Part shown: positions 1-9,514 of the stretch, piece by piece
How the letters are laid out: each line of letters starts with the position of its first letter
Position numbering within the stretch: position 1 is the first letter of the stretch
NCBI GenBank assembly: GCA_024279115.1
Contig: JAJRRW010000122.1
Location: forward strand, 1 to 52,069
Source of the DNA: Alphaproteobacteria bacterium
Lineage (GTDB): Bacteria; Pseudomonadota; Alphaproteobacteria; Rhizobiales; JAKIUO01
DNA: 52,069 nucleotides
Direction of reading: 5' to 3'
The notes under the pieces: model-generated
The model's input: only the letters and a program-made list of their open reading frames with translations
The model's database searches: none
Told to the model about the DNA's origin: nothing
Program-made: the position numbers and the translations under genes

Positions 1-2
1 AG

Positions 3-3000
3 GCGTTTCTCGCCACCGGGCAGGCTGAGCAAAGCTATGAGATGCAGTATTACCGTTTGCTGGATCTGCTCTTCAAAAATCAGGATGAGGAGCGCGAGGA
101 TTTTTCGTATGCGGACCGGTTGCTAAGTGAAAACTGGCTGAAGGGAAACATTCTTGATGTCATTACTTTTACTGTCCTGGCGTGCTGGGGGAATAGCAGC
201 GCAAAATTGAAAATATCGCCCCTCTGGTCGAAAGCAAAAGCCAAACTGAGTGAGCATGGTTTTGAGGGCATATTGCATCATTTGATGGAGCTGGCGGATC
301 AAAAAAAAGAGGCGGTACTGGCCCAACCACGCCCGGCAGGCGAGGACTGGCAGCGTGCCTTGATGCGCCTTGAGCAGCTTGTCCATCCAAAAGCGGGCGC
401 GAGCAGTACAAAGCAGAGCAATGAGGCGCGGGTTGCCTGGCTTGTGACCTGTGAAGAGCACTATGCCACCGTCCAGCCAAAATTGCAGAAGCGCACCAAA
501 GCGGGAGGCTGGACCAAGGGGCGCAATATTGCCCTCAAGAAACTGGTGAAAGGCGCGTTCAGCGAAGCTGAATTGAGCGTACAGGACCTGAAAATCATCT
601 CCTGTATCGAGGTCAGCTATGACTATAATGGCTGGGGCAATGAACCCAGCTATGTGGTGGATGCGCATAAGGCCATTCCTCTGCTGGCTGGACATCCAGC
701 CGTCCTTGCCCTTGACGGTCGCCCCGTTGAGATCAGCCGCTCGACCCCCGACCTGGTGATCAAAAAGAACGCAGATGAAAGTCACACCCTGTGTTTTTCC
801 AAAACCATCCCTGCAAACCCTGGGACGTCCATCACGAAACACCATGACCACCGCATCGAGGTGCTGGAGATTTCCCAGTCCCATTGCGATATTGTCAAAA
901 AAATAGGCCGCGAGCTCACCGTACCTGCGCAGGGGATCGGGCAATTGCAGTCTCTGGTCTGCGATCTTGCGCCGCTTGTGCCGGTGCAATCCGATCTGGC
1001 CGGGACGGGCGAAGAGCTGGAAAGCGTGGAGGCCTGTTCCACTCTGCAGGTGCATCTTGGGCCGGTGGATGAAGGTTTTGCCGCCGAGTTTCTGGTGGAG
1101 CCGATTGCTAAAAGCGGCAAGCTGTTTCATCCGGGCAAGGGCGGCGAACATATCTTGGTGGAGCTTGGCAACAAAAAGCTGCAAACCGAGCGCGACCTTA
1201 AAAAAGAGCGCAAGCATTATCGCACCGTCTTGCGCAGCTCTGATGCTATTGGCGATATGGAAGAGGAGCCGTTTCGTTTTTATGCCGAGGGACCGCGCCA
1301 ATGTCTTGAGCTGCTCGATGCGCTGAAATCCTGCGACCCGCAAACCGTCAATGTCAAATGGCCGGAAGGCGAAAAATTACGCCTGCACCAGCAGCTGAAT
1401 TTTTCCCAATTGTCGATGACGATCAAGAAAAGCGGTACAGACTGGTTTGAAGTCGAGGGCGAGATAGCTGTTGATGACAAAACCATGATGAGCATGGCGC
1501 AGCTGCTCAAACATGCTGGCGAAAGCTCCTCGCGGTTTCTCGATATGGGGGAGGAGGGCTTTCTGGCGCTGGAGCAGAACCTGTTTGCGCAGTTAAAACG
1601 GCTTTCAGGCATTGCGCCAGATGGCAAGGTTCATGCGCTGGCCTCAAGCGTTCTGGCCGAAATCGGCGACAATGCGGGCAAGTTGAAAAGCTCGAAATAC
1701 TGGAAGGATCATCAGAAAAAATGGGAAAACTCATTTGATAAACGCTTTGATCTGCCCTCGACGCTGCAAGCCGATTTACGCGATTATCAGCAGGTGGGAT
1801 TCGAGTGGCTGGCGCGTTTGTCCTCCTTGAATATCGGGGCCTGTCTGGCTGATGATATGGGGCTTGGTAAAACCATGCAGGCGCTGGCCATCATGCTGTT
1901 GCGTGCCAAAAACGGTCCAGCTTTAGTGGTGGCTCCGGTGTCTGTTGTGCCCAACTGGATTGCGGAAATCACCCGCTTTGCGCCAACGCTGAATGTCGTG
2001 TGGATGATAGGCAGCGCCGCAAAGCGCCAGGAAATGCTGGAAAATCTGCAACCCTTTGATGTGGTGTTATGCAGCTATGGCGTGCTTGCTCCCGATCAGA
2101 AAACCCTCGCCAGGGTCGAGTGGGACATGGTGGTGCTCGATGAGGCACAGGCCATTAAAAACCACACCACAAAACGGGCCAGCGCCGCCTTTTCACTAAA
2201 GGCTGATTTCAAACTGGTGACCACCGGCACGCCGATGGAAAACCATCTGGGGGAATTATGGAGCCTCTTCAAATTCATCACGCCAGGCTTTCTGGGGTCC
2301 TACGACCAGTTTAACCAGCGTTTTATTGCGCCGATTGAGGGCGGTCATGAGACGAATGCCAGGGCGGTCCTGAAACAAATAATCCAGCCCTTTATTTTGC
2401 GCCGCAAAAAATCTGAAGTGTTGACAGAGCTGCCACCCAAAACGGAAATCACTCTCAATGTGGAACTAAGCAAGGGCGAGCGCGCCTTTTATGAGAGCCT
2501 GCGCCGTGAGGCGGTTGAAAAACTGGCGGCATCAGCCGAACAGAACCAGCCCTCGCATGTCAAAATCCTTGCGGAAATCATGCGACTGCGCCGTGCTTGC
2601 TGTCACCCCCGACTGGTAGATGAAAAACTGCCGCTGGAAAGCGCCAAGCTGGAGCAGTTGCAAAACCTGCTGCGCGAGCTGCGGGCCGGTGATCACAAAG
2701 TGCTGATTTTCAGCCAGTTTGTCGGCCATCTCCAGATTATCAAAGACTGGCTGGAGGAGGAGGGGATCAGTTTTCAATATCTCGATGGCTCAACGCCGGT
2801 GAAAAAGCGCCAGCAGGCGGTGCGTGATTTCCAGAACGGTGAAGGGGACTGTTTTTTGATCTCGCTGAAAGCGGGCGGCTCCGGGCTTAACCTCACGGCG
2901 GCCAACTATGTCATCCATATGGACCCGTGGTGGAACCCCGCCGTCGAGGATCAGGCCTCGGACCGCGCCCATCGCATCGGTCAAAAACACCCCGTCACCA

Positions 3001-3149
3001 TCTATCGGCTGGTGGTAAAGGACAGCATCGAAGAAAAAATTCTCGCCCTGCACAAAACCAAACGCGACCTCGCCGACAGTCTGCTGGAGGGCACCGACCA
3101 GACCGGCCGCATCTCTGCCGCTGAGCTGATGAACCTGCTTGGCGGCTGA
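3..3149 (+). CDS. SNF2-family (SWI2/SNF2) helicase/ATPase, 5' end outside the window
   Basis: Motifs LADDMGLGKT, DEAQ, TGTPMEN, SLKAGGSGLNL, DPWWNP and DRAHRIGQ. The frame is open from position 3 (AFLATGQAEQSYE) up to the ATG at 42, so the true start probably lies upstream. Confidence 0.93.
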   Translation, partial: AFLATGQAEQSYEMQYYRLLDLLFKNQDEEREDFSYADRLLSENWLKGNILDVITFTVLACWGNSSAKLKISPLWSKAKAKLSEHGFEGILHHLMELADQKKEAVLAQPRPAGEDWQRALMRLEQLVHPKAGASSTKQSNEARVAWLVTCEEHYATVQPKLQKRTKAGGWTKGRNIALKKLVKGAFSEAELSVQDLKIISCIEVSYDYNGWGNEPSYVVDAHKAIPLLAGHPAVLALDGRPVEISRSTPDLVIKKNADESHTLCFSKTIPANPGTSITKHHDHRIEVLEISQSHCDIVKKIGRELTVPAQGIGQLQSLVCDLAPLVPVQSDLAGTGEELESVEACSTLQVHLGPVDEGFAAEFLVEPIAKSGKLFHPGKGGEHILVELGNKKLQTERDLKKERKHYRTVLRSSDAIGDMEEEPFRFYAEGPRQCLELLDALKSCDPQTVNVKWPEGEKLRLHQQLNFSQLSMTIKKSGTDWFEVEGEIAVDDKTMMSMAQLLKHAGESSSRFLDMGEEGFLALEQNLFAQLKRLSGIAPDGKVHALASSVLAEIGDNAGKLKSSKYWKDHQKKWENSFDKRFDLPSTLQADLRDYQQVGFEWLARLSSLNIGACLADDMGLGKTMQALAIMLLRAKNGPALVVAPVSVVPNWIAEITRFAPTLNVVWMIGSAAKRQEMLENLQPFDVVLCSYGVLAPDQKTLARVEWDMVVLDEAQAIKNHTTKRASAAFSLKADFKLVTTGTPMENHLGELWSLFKFITPGFLGSYDQFNQRFIAPIEGGHETNARAVLKQIIQPFILRRKKSEVLTELPPKTEITLNVELSKGERAFYESLRREAVEKLAASAEQNQPSHVKILAEIMRLRRACCHPRLVDEKLPLESAKLEQLQNLLRELRAGDHKVLIFSQFVGHLQIIKDWLEEEGISFQYLDGSTPVKKRQQAVRDFQNGEGDCFLISLKAGGSGLNLTAANYVIHMDPWWNPAVEDQASDRAHRIGQKHPVTIYRLVVKDSIEEKILALHKTKRDLADSLLEGTDQTGRISAAELMNLLGG

Positions 3150-3167
3150 TTTTCAGTCAGTTTTTTT

Positions 3168-3211
3168 ACCGAAAGACCGAAAGACCGAAAGACCGAAAGA
3201 CCGAAAGACCG
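3168..3211. repeat. Perfect 8-bp tandem repeat (ACCGAAAG) x5.5
   Basis: Copies at 3168, 3176, 3184, 3192 and 3200, plus ACCG at 3208. It follows a T7 run just after the helicase stop. Confidence 0.95.
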
Positions 3212-3456
3212 GGAGCACGGAAGTTCGGCGCGGATAGGGCGTACTTTGTCGGTGAGCCGACAAGCTCCAATTATGGTAGTCAGTCCAAATTCGATCTCGC
3301 CGGCCTGTATTGATCTTGATGGCGGGGAAATTGTTTGTTGGGAATGTAGCGGGCAACAAGCGCGACACGGGAATATGATCTGGCCAAGCGGTCAGGTATT
3401 GGCTAAGGTCTGTTTTATACCTTGGCGTTAATTTATCAAAACAATCTATTTATTCT

Positions 3457-4179
3457 ATGCATATCAAACAAAACAACACTGACCGTGCGGACATGGATCG
3501 TAAGGCTCCCCATCATGTTGCTGTCATTTTTGCCAAAGGCGATAATGCCGCGAAGCCATGCCAGGGGAACAAGCAGGATGAACTCGGTATTTTCCCCAAA
3601 AATATAATCGAAATAGCCAGACAGTATGGGGTGCGTTATTTGACATTTTGCTGCCTTGGAAACCTGGATGCGAAGGATCAGTCCGAGTTGGGGAGTGAAT
3701 TCAAAATTCTCTTTCATCTGCTTTTGATGGAAAAGGACTGGCTGTTGAAAAATGGTGTTGGCGTGCGGTTTATTGAGGAAGATAAAGGCCCCAATAAACT
3801 TGCCAACAGCGAGCTGAATGTTTCGGTGATTTCGCAAATTGATGGTCGGGCTGCCATCGTTGGCGCGGTGAGGGCGTTGGTTGAAAATGTCGAGCAAGAA
3901 AAAATCACGTCGAATGATATCACCTCAAACATGCTTGGCGAACAGATCGCGCCCCACGGTCTTCCTGACCCGGACCTGCTGATTTTCACGGGTGGACAAA
4001 AGCGACTGGAGAACGGTTTGATCTGGCAGAGTGCCTATTCAGAGTTCGCGTTTATTGAGCAACATTGGGAAAATATGACAGGTGAACATTTTCAGCACAT
4101 ACTCGAAAACTATATGGCAAGGGATCGCCGTTTTGGCGGCTTGAGCAAGCAGGTTCATTCAAAGGCGAAAGCTGTTTAG
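3457..4179 (+). CDS. Cis-prenyltransferase (UppS/undecaprenyl diphosphate synthase)-like protein with degenerate catalytic motifs
   Basis: PHHVAVI, GVRYLTF, PDPDLLI.TGG.KRL...IWQSAYSE and the C-terminal RDRRFGG match the UppS pattern. The MDGNGRW and FSSENW motifs are absent. Confidence 0.85.
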   Translation: MHIKQNNTDRADMDRKAPHHVAVIFAKGDNAAKPCQGNKQDELGIFPKNIIEIARQYGVRYLTFCCLGNLDAKDQSELGSEFKILFHLLLMEKDWLLKNGVGVRFIEEDKGPNKLANSELNVSVISQIDGRAAIVGAVRALVENVEQEKITSNDITSNMLGEQIAPHGLPDPDLLIFTGGQKRLENGLIWQSAYSEFAFIEQHWENMTGEHFQHILENYMARDRRFGGLSKQVHSKAKAV

Positions 4180-4270
4180 ACGAAAAAACATGGGCTTCGC
4201 TTCTCTCTGCTTATTGCTCACGCTAGATGCCATCGGATAATAGAGAAGTGAACGAGTTTGGCTTTTACAG

Positions 4271-5662
4271 GTGATCATGGACAGAATCGTTTTTCTTCTT
4301 TTTGTTGCGCTGGTACTGCTGGCACCATTGCCGTTTGGTGGCAATGTTCCGCTTGCCTGGACCGTGTATGCTTTTGCTGCCGGGCTGCTTGTCATTGTGT
4401 TCTCCGTACAAAATCTGGTTTTAAAGCGCTCGCCATCCGTACCTGTACATTGGATCGCTTTTCCAGCCATCCTGTTTGCCCTTGTTTGTCTGTGGGCGAT
4501 GACCCAGTCGCTGAGTATGACACCTTCCTTCATGCATAATCCGATATGGAGTGCGGCATTGGATGCCTTCGGGGAGCCGTTGAGCAGTGCGATTTCGGCA
4601 AATCCCTTTCAGACCAGGGTCAGCCTGATGCGCCTGTTGACCTATGCGGCGGTATTCTGGCTGACTCTGCAATTTGGGCGCGACCAATCGCGGGCTGAGG
4701 CCTTGTTGCATGTGTTTGGCGTCGGCATTGTCGTTTATGCGCTCTATGGTCTCATTTTGTGGTCCGTAGGATCGGAACTCATTCCCTGGTATGACAAGGG
4801 GGCGGGTAGAGGACAAGTGACCTCAACTTTCATCAATCGTAATAATTTTGCGACATTTGCCGGTATGGGCAGTGTCATTTTCCTTGGGCTTGTCCTTCGC
4901 AAAACCCGCCAGATACTTCGCCGCGGCGAAGGTGAACGCTTTAAATATCGCTTTGAGCGGGTTTTGTCCTCACTGGCTGGCGTGGGCGGGCTTTATCTGA
5001 TCGGGCTGCTGATGACGCTGGGGTCGGTCTTTTTAACGCAATCGCGGGCTGGTTTTTTGTCGACGCTGGCAGCGCTTGGCATCTTGCTGGCTTTGGGTTT
5101 GACAAGCGGTCGGGCAAGGGAAGGCGGTGTGGGGAAGATGGGCCTCTTTGCGGTCGTCGTCGTAGCCGTTGGTATTATTGCCGCGACGTTTGGCATGAGC
5201 GGCAGCCATATAACGACGCGTATTGTCAATAGTGATTTGACAGATCAGGGGCGTAAGGCCGTTTTTCTGCGCCTCGTTGAGGCCATCAAGGATTATCCGC
5301 TGCTCGGCACGGGTTATGGCTCTTTTGAGGATATGTTTCCACTTTATCGCGATGAGACCATGTCTGCTTTTGGGCGCTGGGACAAGGCGCATAGTACCTA
5401 TCTTGAAGTGATGATGGAGCTGGGATTGCCGGCGGCCTTTATGCTGTTTCTAGCCATTGGCTTGCTCATCTGGAGGTGCTTGCGCGGCGCGATGACCCGA
5501 CATCGCGATCGTCATATCCCGCTGATAGCATTTTCGGCATCAGTACTGGTTGCGCTGCATTCACTGGTTGATTTCAGCTTGCAAATTCCGGGATTGACCA
5601 TCACTTATGCAGCCCTATTGGGGCTTGGCGTGGCGCAGTCGTGGAGCAGTCGGCGGCGATAG
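4271..5662 (+). CDS. O-antigen ligase (Wzy_C) family membrane protein, possible oligosaccharyltransferase
   Basis: Many TM segments; motifs TFINRNNFATF, TQSRAG, YPLLGTGYGSF, AHSTYLE..ELG and HSLVDFSLQIP. The start could be the ATG at 4277. Confidence 0.9.
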   Translation: MIMDRIVFLLFVALVLLAPLPFGGNVPLAWTVYAFAAGLLVIVFSVQNLVLKRSPSVPVHWIAFPAILFALVCLWAMTQSLSMTPSFMHNPIWSAALDAFGEPLSSAISANPFQTRVSLMRLLTYAAVFWLTLQFGRDQSRAEALLHVFGVGIVVYALYGLILWSVGSELIPWYDKGAGRGQVTSTFINRNNFATFAGMGSVIFLGLVLRKTRQILRRGEGERFKYRFERVLSSLAGVGGLYLIGLLMTLGSVFLTQSRAGFLSTLAALGILLALGLTSGRAREGGVGKMGLFAVVVVAVGIIAATFGMSGSHITTRIVNSDLTDQGRKAVFLRLVEAIKDYPLLGTGYGSFEDMFPLYRDETMSAFGRWDKAHSTYLEVMMELGLPAAFMLFLAIGLLIWRCLRGAMTRHRDRHIPLIAFSASVLVALHSLVDFSLQIPGLTITYAALLGLGVAQSWSSRRR

Positions 5663-5669
5663 TTCGACC

Positions 5670-5713
5670 AAAAACGAAAATGGCCACGCTCTTCATGAAG
5701 AGAGCGTGGCCAT
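5670..5713 (-). terminator. Rho-independent terminator between convergent genes
   Basis: 13-bp perfect stem ATGGCCACGCTCT/AGAGCGTGGCCAT (5680-5713), preceded by an A-rich run that reads as a U tract on the minus strand. Confidence 0.7.
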
Positions 5714-5830
5714 CAAAAGCCCGGCAGACCGATCTTGGGGGGCATCCACATATCCGCTGGGATCTGCGAATGCCGGGCTCTGATAAGTGTTGTCTGATAT
5801 ATATTGCATCAGACATAGGTCGGGCTTTGG

Positions 5831-6766
5831 TTAGATGCTGAAAAAATATTCGCTATAATGTTTTTGAACCCACCTTCTCTTGTAAGGTCTTTGGGGTTTG
5901 TGACGCCGGGATTTTCTCAATTTCTTGAGAAGGGTGAGGGCTTTTGTAGAGGACTGCTTGCGGCTGGCCCTCTTTATGGTGCGCCGTTTTTTGACGCTTT
6001 TCCCGGCACTCTTGCGTTTCGTCACAGTCTTTTTGGTTGATCGGCGCTTGCTCGCGGATTTTTTGCTATCGGCCTCTTTGCGAAGCGTCTTTTGTGGGCC
6101 TGCTACGGATTTTTCAACCTTCTCAACCTTCTCCGTCTTTGCAGCCTTCTCAGTTTTCACAGCTGTTTTAACAAGCAAGGCCTTTTGGGCCGTCTTTAGT
6201 TTTGTTAGCTGCTGCGCAATGCGCTCTTCGTCTTGCTTCAAAGCAGCCAGACGTTTTTGAACATCTTTCAGTCGGGCTAATAGTTTTGCCATGCGCTTTT
6301 GAGAGTGTCTGGAGACATTTCTTGTTGGCAAAGGGGGCAAGGGGGAAAGGTTTATTGACTTGGTGGTCCTTGAAACCCGCTTTTTTGGCACTGTGGTTGG
6401 CTTCTTATTGCGAATTTTTGTCAGCAAAGCGAGCGCAGAGGTTTTGTCAGCTTGGCGGCTCTTGCGCGGCTGCTTGTTGGGTTTGCCAGCTATGGAACCC
6501 GTGATGACGGGGCGACCGCTTAGGCGAACCCATTTTTTGGGGTTTTGGCGGGACTGGCGCTTTAGCCAAGTATAGCCGGTTTCGCTCCAGGACCTGATGC
6601 GCCCGGTTTGATTGTCGAGAACAAAATCGCCGCGGTTGGTGTGGACGATCAAAACGGCGTGCATGCGGTTTCTGCGGTCTCTGGCGGTTGCCACAAGCAG
6701 CGTATTTGAAGACCAGCCACGACGGATCGGCCTCTTGCTAGCGCTTATCAAGGAAGCAGATATCAC
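5831..6766 (-). pseudogene. N-terminally truncated transglutaminase-like cysteine peptidase (BTLCP/C93, LapG-like) with a long Lys/Arg-rich tail
   Basis: RRGW...LLVAT...HAVLIVHTNRGDFVLDN...WSETGYTWLKRQS..NPKKWV is the C-terminal half of C93. There is no GDCEDY catalytic-Cys motif or signal peptide in frame. Confidence 0.7.
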
Positions 6767-7138
6767 TCATATTCTGTGATGTGTTACGCATGGTTTTTAA
6801 CCTCTCCCAATCAGTTGAAACAACTATGAGAGATTCGCAATTCAGTCCTTATGGGAATCCATCAATTGTCAGTCAGCACTTTCGCGAACTGGTATTATAC
6901 GAGAACGGATTGATTTGGATAATTAATGAATTTACTAAGTGCTAAAAACCTCGAATATCGGGCTAGCGACCATAGAAAAAATCGCTCTCGTCATCAGATT
7001 GGCCAATATAATTTATGCGTTGCTGCATATATCCAAGTTGGCGTTCGGCCCAACGGCGGACAGAGGGGAGGGGCTGATATTTGGCAGGTTCGAGCCTATA
7101 TCTTTGTGTCCATGGTGGTTATTTGATATCAGGGCTGA

Positions 7139-8557
7139 TTATTTTGGGCCAATCGGTATTTCATCACCGATGGCTGGAATGGTCGTGCTCCAGTCAAGGC
7201 GGCTGGCAATTTCTCGCTCCAGAGCCAGGGAGGCCTCTGGCTCTCCGTGCGTGATAAATGTTTGCTTTGGTGCTTTTTCAAAACCATCTAGCCAGTTAAA
7301 AATCGCATTTTGGTCTGCGTGTGCGGAAAATCCGCCAATCGTGACAATGCGGGCTCTGACATTCATTTCCTGACCAAAGATCCGAACCTTTTGCGCCCCG
7401 TCAACAAGGCGGCGGCCAAGTGTGCCATAGGCTTGATATCCAACGATCAAAATCGTGTTTCCAGCCTTGCCAAGGCCGTGTCGCAGATGGTGTAGAATAC
7501 GACCAGCGGTGCACATGCCGCTTGCCGACATGATAATCGCGCCTGAGTGGATGGCATTTAGGCCCATCGATTCTTGAACGGTGCGGGTGTAGGTTAGCGA
7601 CAGTTCTCCGTCTGATTTAGCCTGCCAGTCGGCCAATTTTCGGGCCTCTTTGTCAAATAATTCTATATGGCGTTTGGTCAATTCAGTGACATTTTGAGCC
7701 ATCGGGCTATCGAGGAACACTTTCAGGTTTTTAACCCGGCCCTGATAGGTCAGGTGGTGCAGATAATAGATAATTTCCTGCGTTCTTCCCACAGCAAATG
7801 CGGGTATGATAATATTTCCCTTGCGGCTGACAATGGTGTCATTAATGGTCTCGACCAGCTCATCGAGTGAGGGCGTCAATGCCTTGTGCTGGCGATTTCC
7901 ATAGGTTGATTCGACCACCAGATAGTCGGTTTCCCTGATGAGGAACGGATCTTTCAAAATAGGCCTTCCCGGTTGGCCAAGATCCCCGGAAAAGGTTATT
8001 TTTTGTTCGTCATTTCCGTCCTTGATCCAGATTTCCAGGATCGCCGACCCTAGAATATGCCCGGCATTTCGCATGCGGATTTTTATCGTCTCATGAGGGT
8101 GGAAGAATTCGTCATAGGGCGCGGCTTTCACCTGCAAAAGGGCATTGTCTGCCTCTTGCATTGTATAAAGAGGTGTTATTTCATGGCCATGATTTTTGCG
8201 TTTGCGATTTTCACGTTGCGCGGAACTTTCATGGATATGCGCACTATCGCGTAACATGATCGACAGCAGTTCGGCTGTTGCCTTTGTTGAATAGACAGGC
8301 CCTTTAAATCCGTCAGCGCAAAGCTTTGGAACAAGTCCACAATGGTCGATGTGAGCATGGGTTAACACGACGAAATCAATGTCGTTTGGCTTGAAAGAAA
8401 AAGGGGAGCGGTTTTTTGCATCGGCATCGCGACTTCCTTGAAACATGCCGCAATCGACAAGAAAGCTGCCCCCTTGCGCTTCAACATGATAGCAAGAGCC
8501 GGTTACTTCCCCGGCGGCCCCATGAAATGTGATCTTTATCTGTTGGTCTTTTCTCAT
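7139..8557 (-). CDS. MBL-fold metallo-hydrolase, beta-CASP RNA-processing family
   Basis: Motifs GAAGEVTGSC, DCGMFQG, THAHIDHCG, AGHILGS, FSGDLG, ESTYG, PAFAVGRTQE, FSAHAD and HGE. Confidence 0.93.
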   Translation of the reverse strand: MRKDQQIKITFHGAAGEVTGSCYHVEAQGGSFLVDCGMFQGSRDADAKNRSPFSFKPNDIDFVVLTHAHIDHCGLVPKLCADGFKGPVYSTKATAELLSIMLRDSAHIHESSAQRENRKRKNHGHEITPLYTMQEADNALLQVKAAPYDEFFHPHETIKIRMRNAGHILGSAILEIWIKDGNDEQKITFSGDLGQPGRPILKDPFLIRETDYLVVESTYGNRQHKALTPSLDELVETINDTIVSRKGNIIIPAFAVGRTQEIIYYLHHLTYQGRVKNLKVFLDSPMAQNVTELTKRHIELFDKEARKLADWQAKSDGELSLTYTRTVQESMGLNAIHSGAIIMSASGMCTAGRILHHLRHGLGKAGNTILIVGYQAYGTLGRRLVDGAQKVRIFGQEMNVRARIVTIGGFSAHADQNAIFNWLDGFEKAPKQTFITHGEPEASLALEREIASRLDWSTTIPAIGDEIPIGPK

Positions 8558-8603
8558 TTTATTAAATCCTGGTTTAGTGTGGCCACGACTATTTTATTGA
8601 AGA

Positions 8604-9488
8604 TTATCTGGGAGGATTTCCATCATAGAAATCACTTATGACGCTGACGGCTGTTTCGGCATTGTCGACGATGCTGAACAGGTCAAGATCGTCTTGTCCA
8701 ATAAACCCCTCGCTGGCGAGGAACTCAAAATCCACCGCTCGCGACCAATAGTCTTTGCCCATCAAAATGATCGGCAGAGGATCGACCTTTTTGGTCTGTA
8801 CAAGGGTCAAAATCTCCAACACCTCATCAAATGTGCCAAACCCGCCCGGAAAGGCCACAAGTGCTTTGGCGCGTATGAGGAAATGCATTTTTCGCAAGGC
8901 AAAATAACGAAACTGAAAACATAGTTCGGGGGAGATATAGGGGTTGGGGTGCTGTTCTCTGGGCAAGGCAATATTGAGACCAATGGACCGGGCGCCAACC
9001 TCATCAGCCCCTCTGTTTGCCGCTTCCATAATGCCGGGGCCACCACCGGTGACAATAACAAAATCACGCCGTCCCTCTTCTTGAAACCGCGTTGACACGA
9101 TGGCCGAAAATTTGCGGGCCTCGTCGTAATATCTGGTGTATTTTTTCTGCCTGTCCAGCTTTTGGGATCTGGCCAGCAAGGCCTTATCTTCGGGGGTCTT
9201 GCGCAATGCTTCCTGGTTTAGGGTCCATTGCGCCTCCAACTGCTCTTTGGAGCGAAGGCGGGCACTGCCAAAGACGATCACCGTTGAAGAAATGCCTTCT
9301 TTGCTCATCGTCCATTCGGGTTTCAAATATTCCAGTTGCAGACGAACGGAGCGCAAATCGCCATGTTCGAGAAAGTCAGGATCATTGGTTGCAAGCCTGA
9401 ACGGTTCACTGTCTCTCAAGGTCTGGACCCGCCCGGCAAGCTCTTTCTCGCGGAGGGGAGGGAGGGGTTTTCGCGGAGCATCGGCCAT
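8604..9488 (-). CDS. LOG family nucleotide phosphoribohydrolase (TIGR00730-like)
   Basis: Motifs VFGSAR, TGGGPGIMEAAN, F.YFALRKMHF and PGGFGTFDE. Confidence 0.92.
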   Translation of the reverse strand: MADAPRKPLPPLREKELAGRVQTLRDSEPFRLATNDPDFLEHGDLRSVRLQLEYLKPEWTMSKEGISSTVIVFGSARLRSKEQLEAQWTLNQEALRKTPEDKALLARSQKLDRQKKYTRYYDEARKFSAIVSTRFQEEGRRDFVIVTGGGPGIMEAANRGADEVGARSIGLNIALPREQHPNPYISPELCFQFRYFALRKMHFLIRAKALVAFPGGFGTFDEVLEILTLVQTKKVDPLPIILMGKDYWSRAVDFEFLASEGFIGQDDLDLFSIVDNAETAVSVISDFYDGNPPR

Positions 9489-9514
9489 TTGTTGGGTCCT
9501 ATTTTTTAGTCTGC

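Noticed and set aside
123-1343. 406-aa antisense ORF inside the helicase gene
   Set aside because: It fully overlaps a well-supported CDS and has no recognisable motifs.
3168-3211. CRISPR array
   Set aside because: The units are 8 bp with no spacers, and there are no cas genes.
6926-7373. ORFs in the 6770-7138 spacer
   Set aside because: No motifs or RBS, and the longer one overlaps the MBL gene on the opposite strand.
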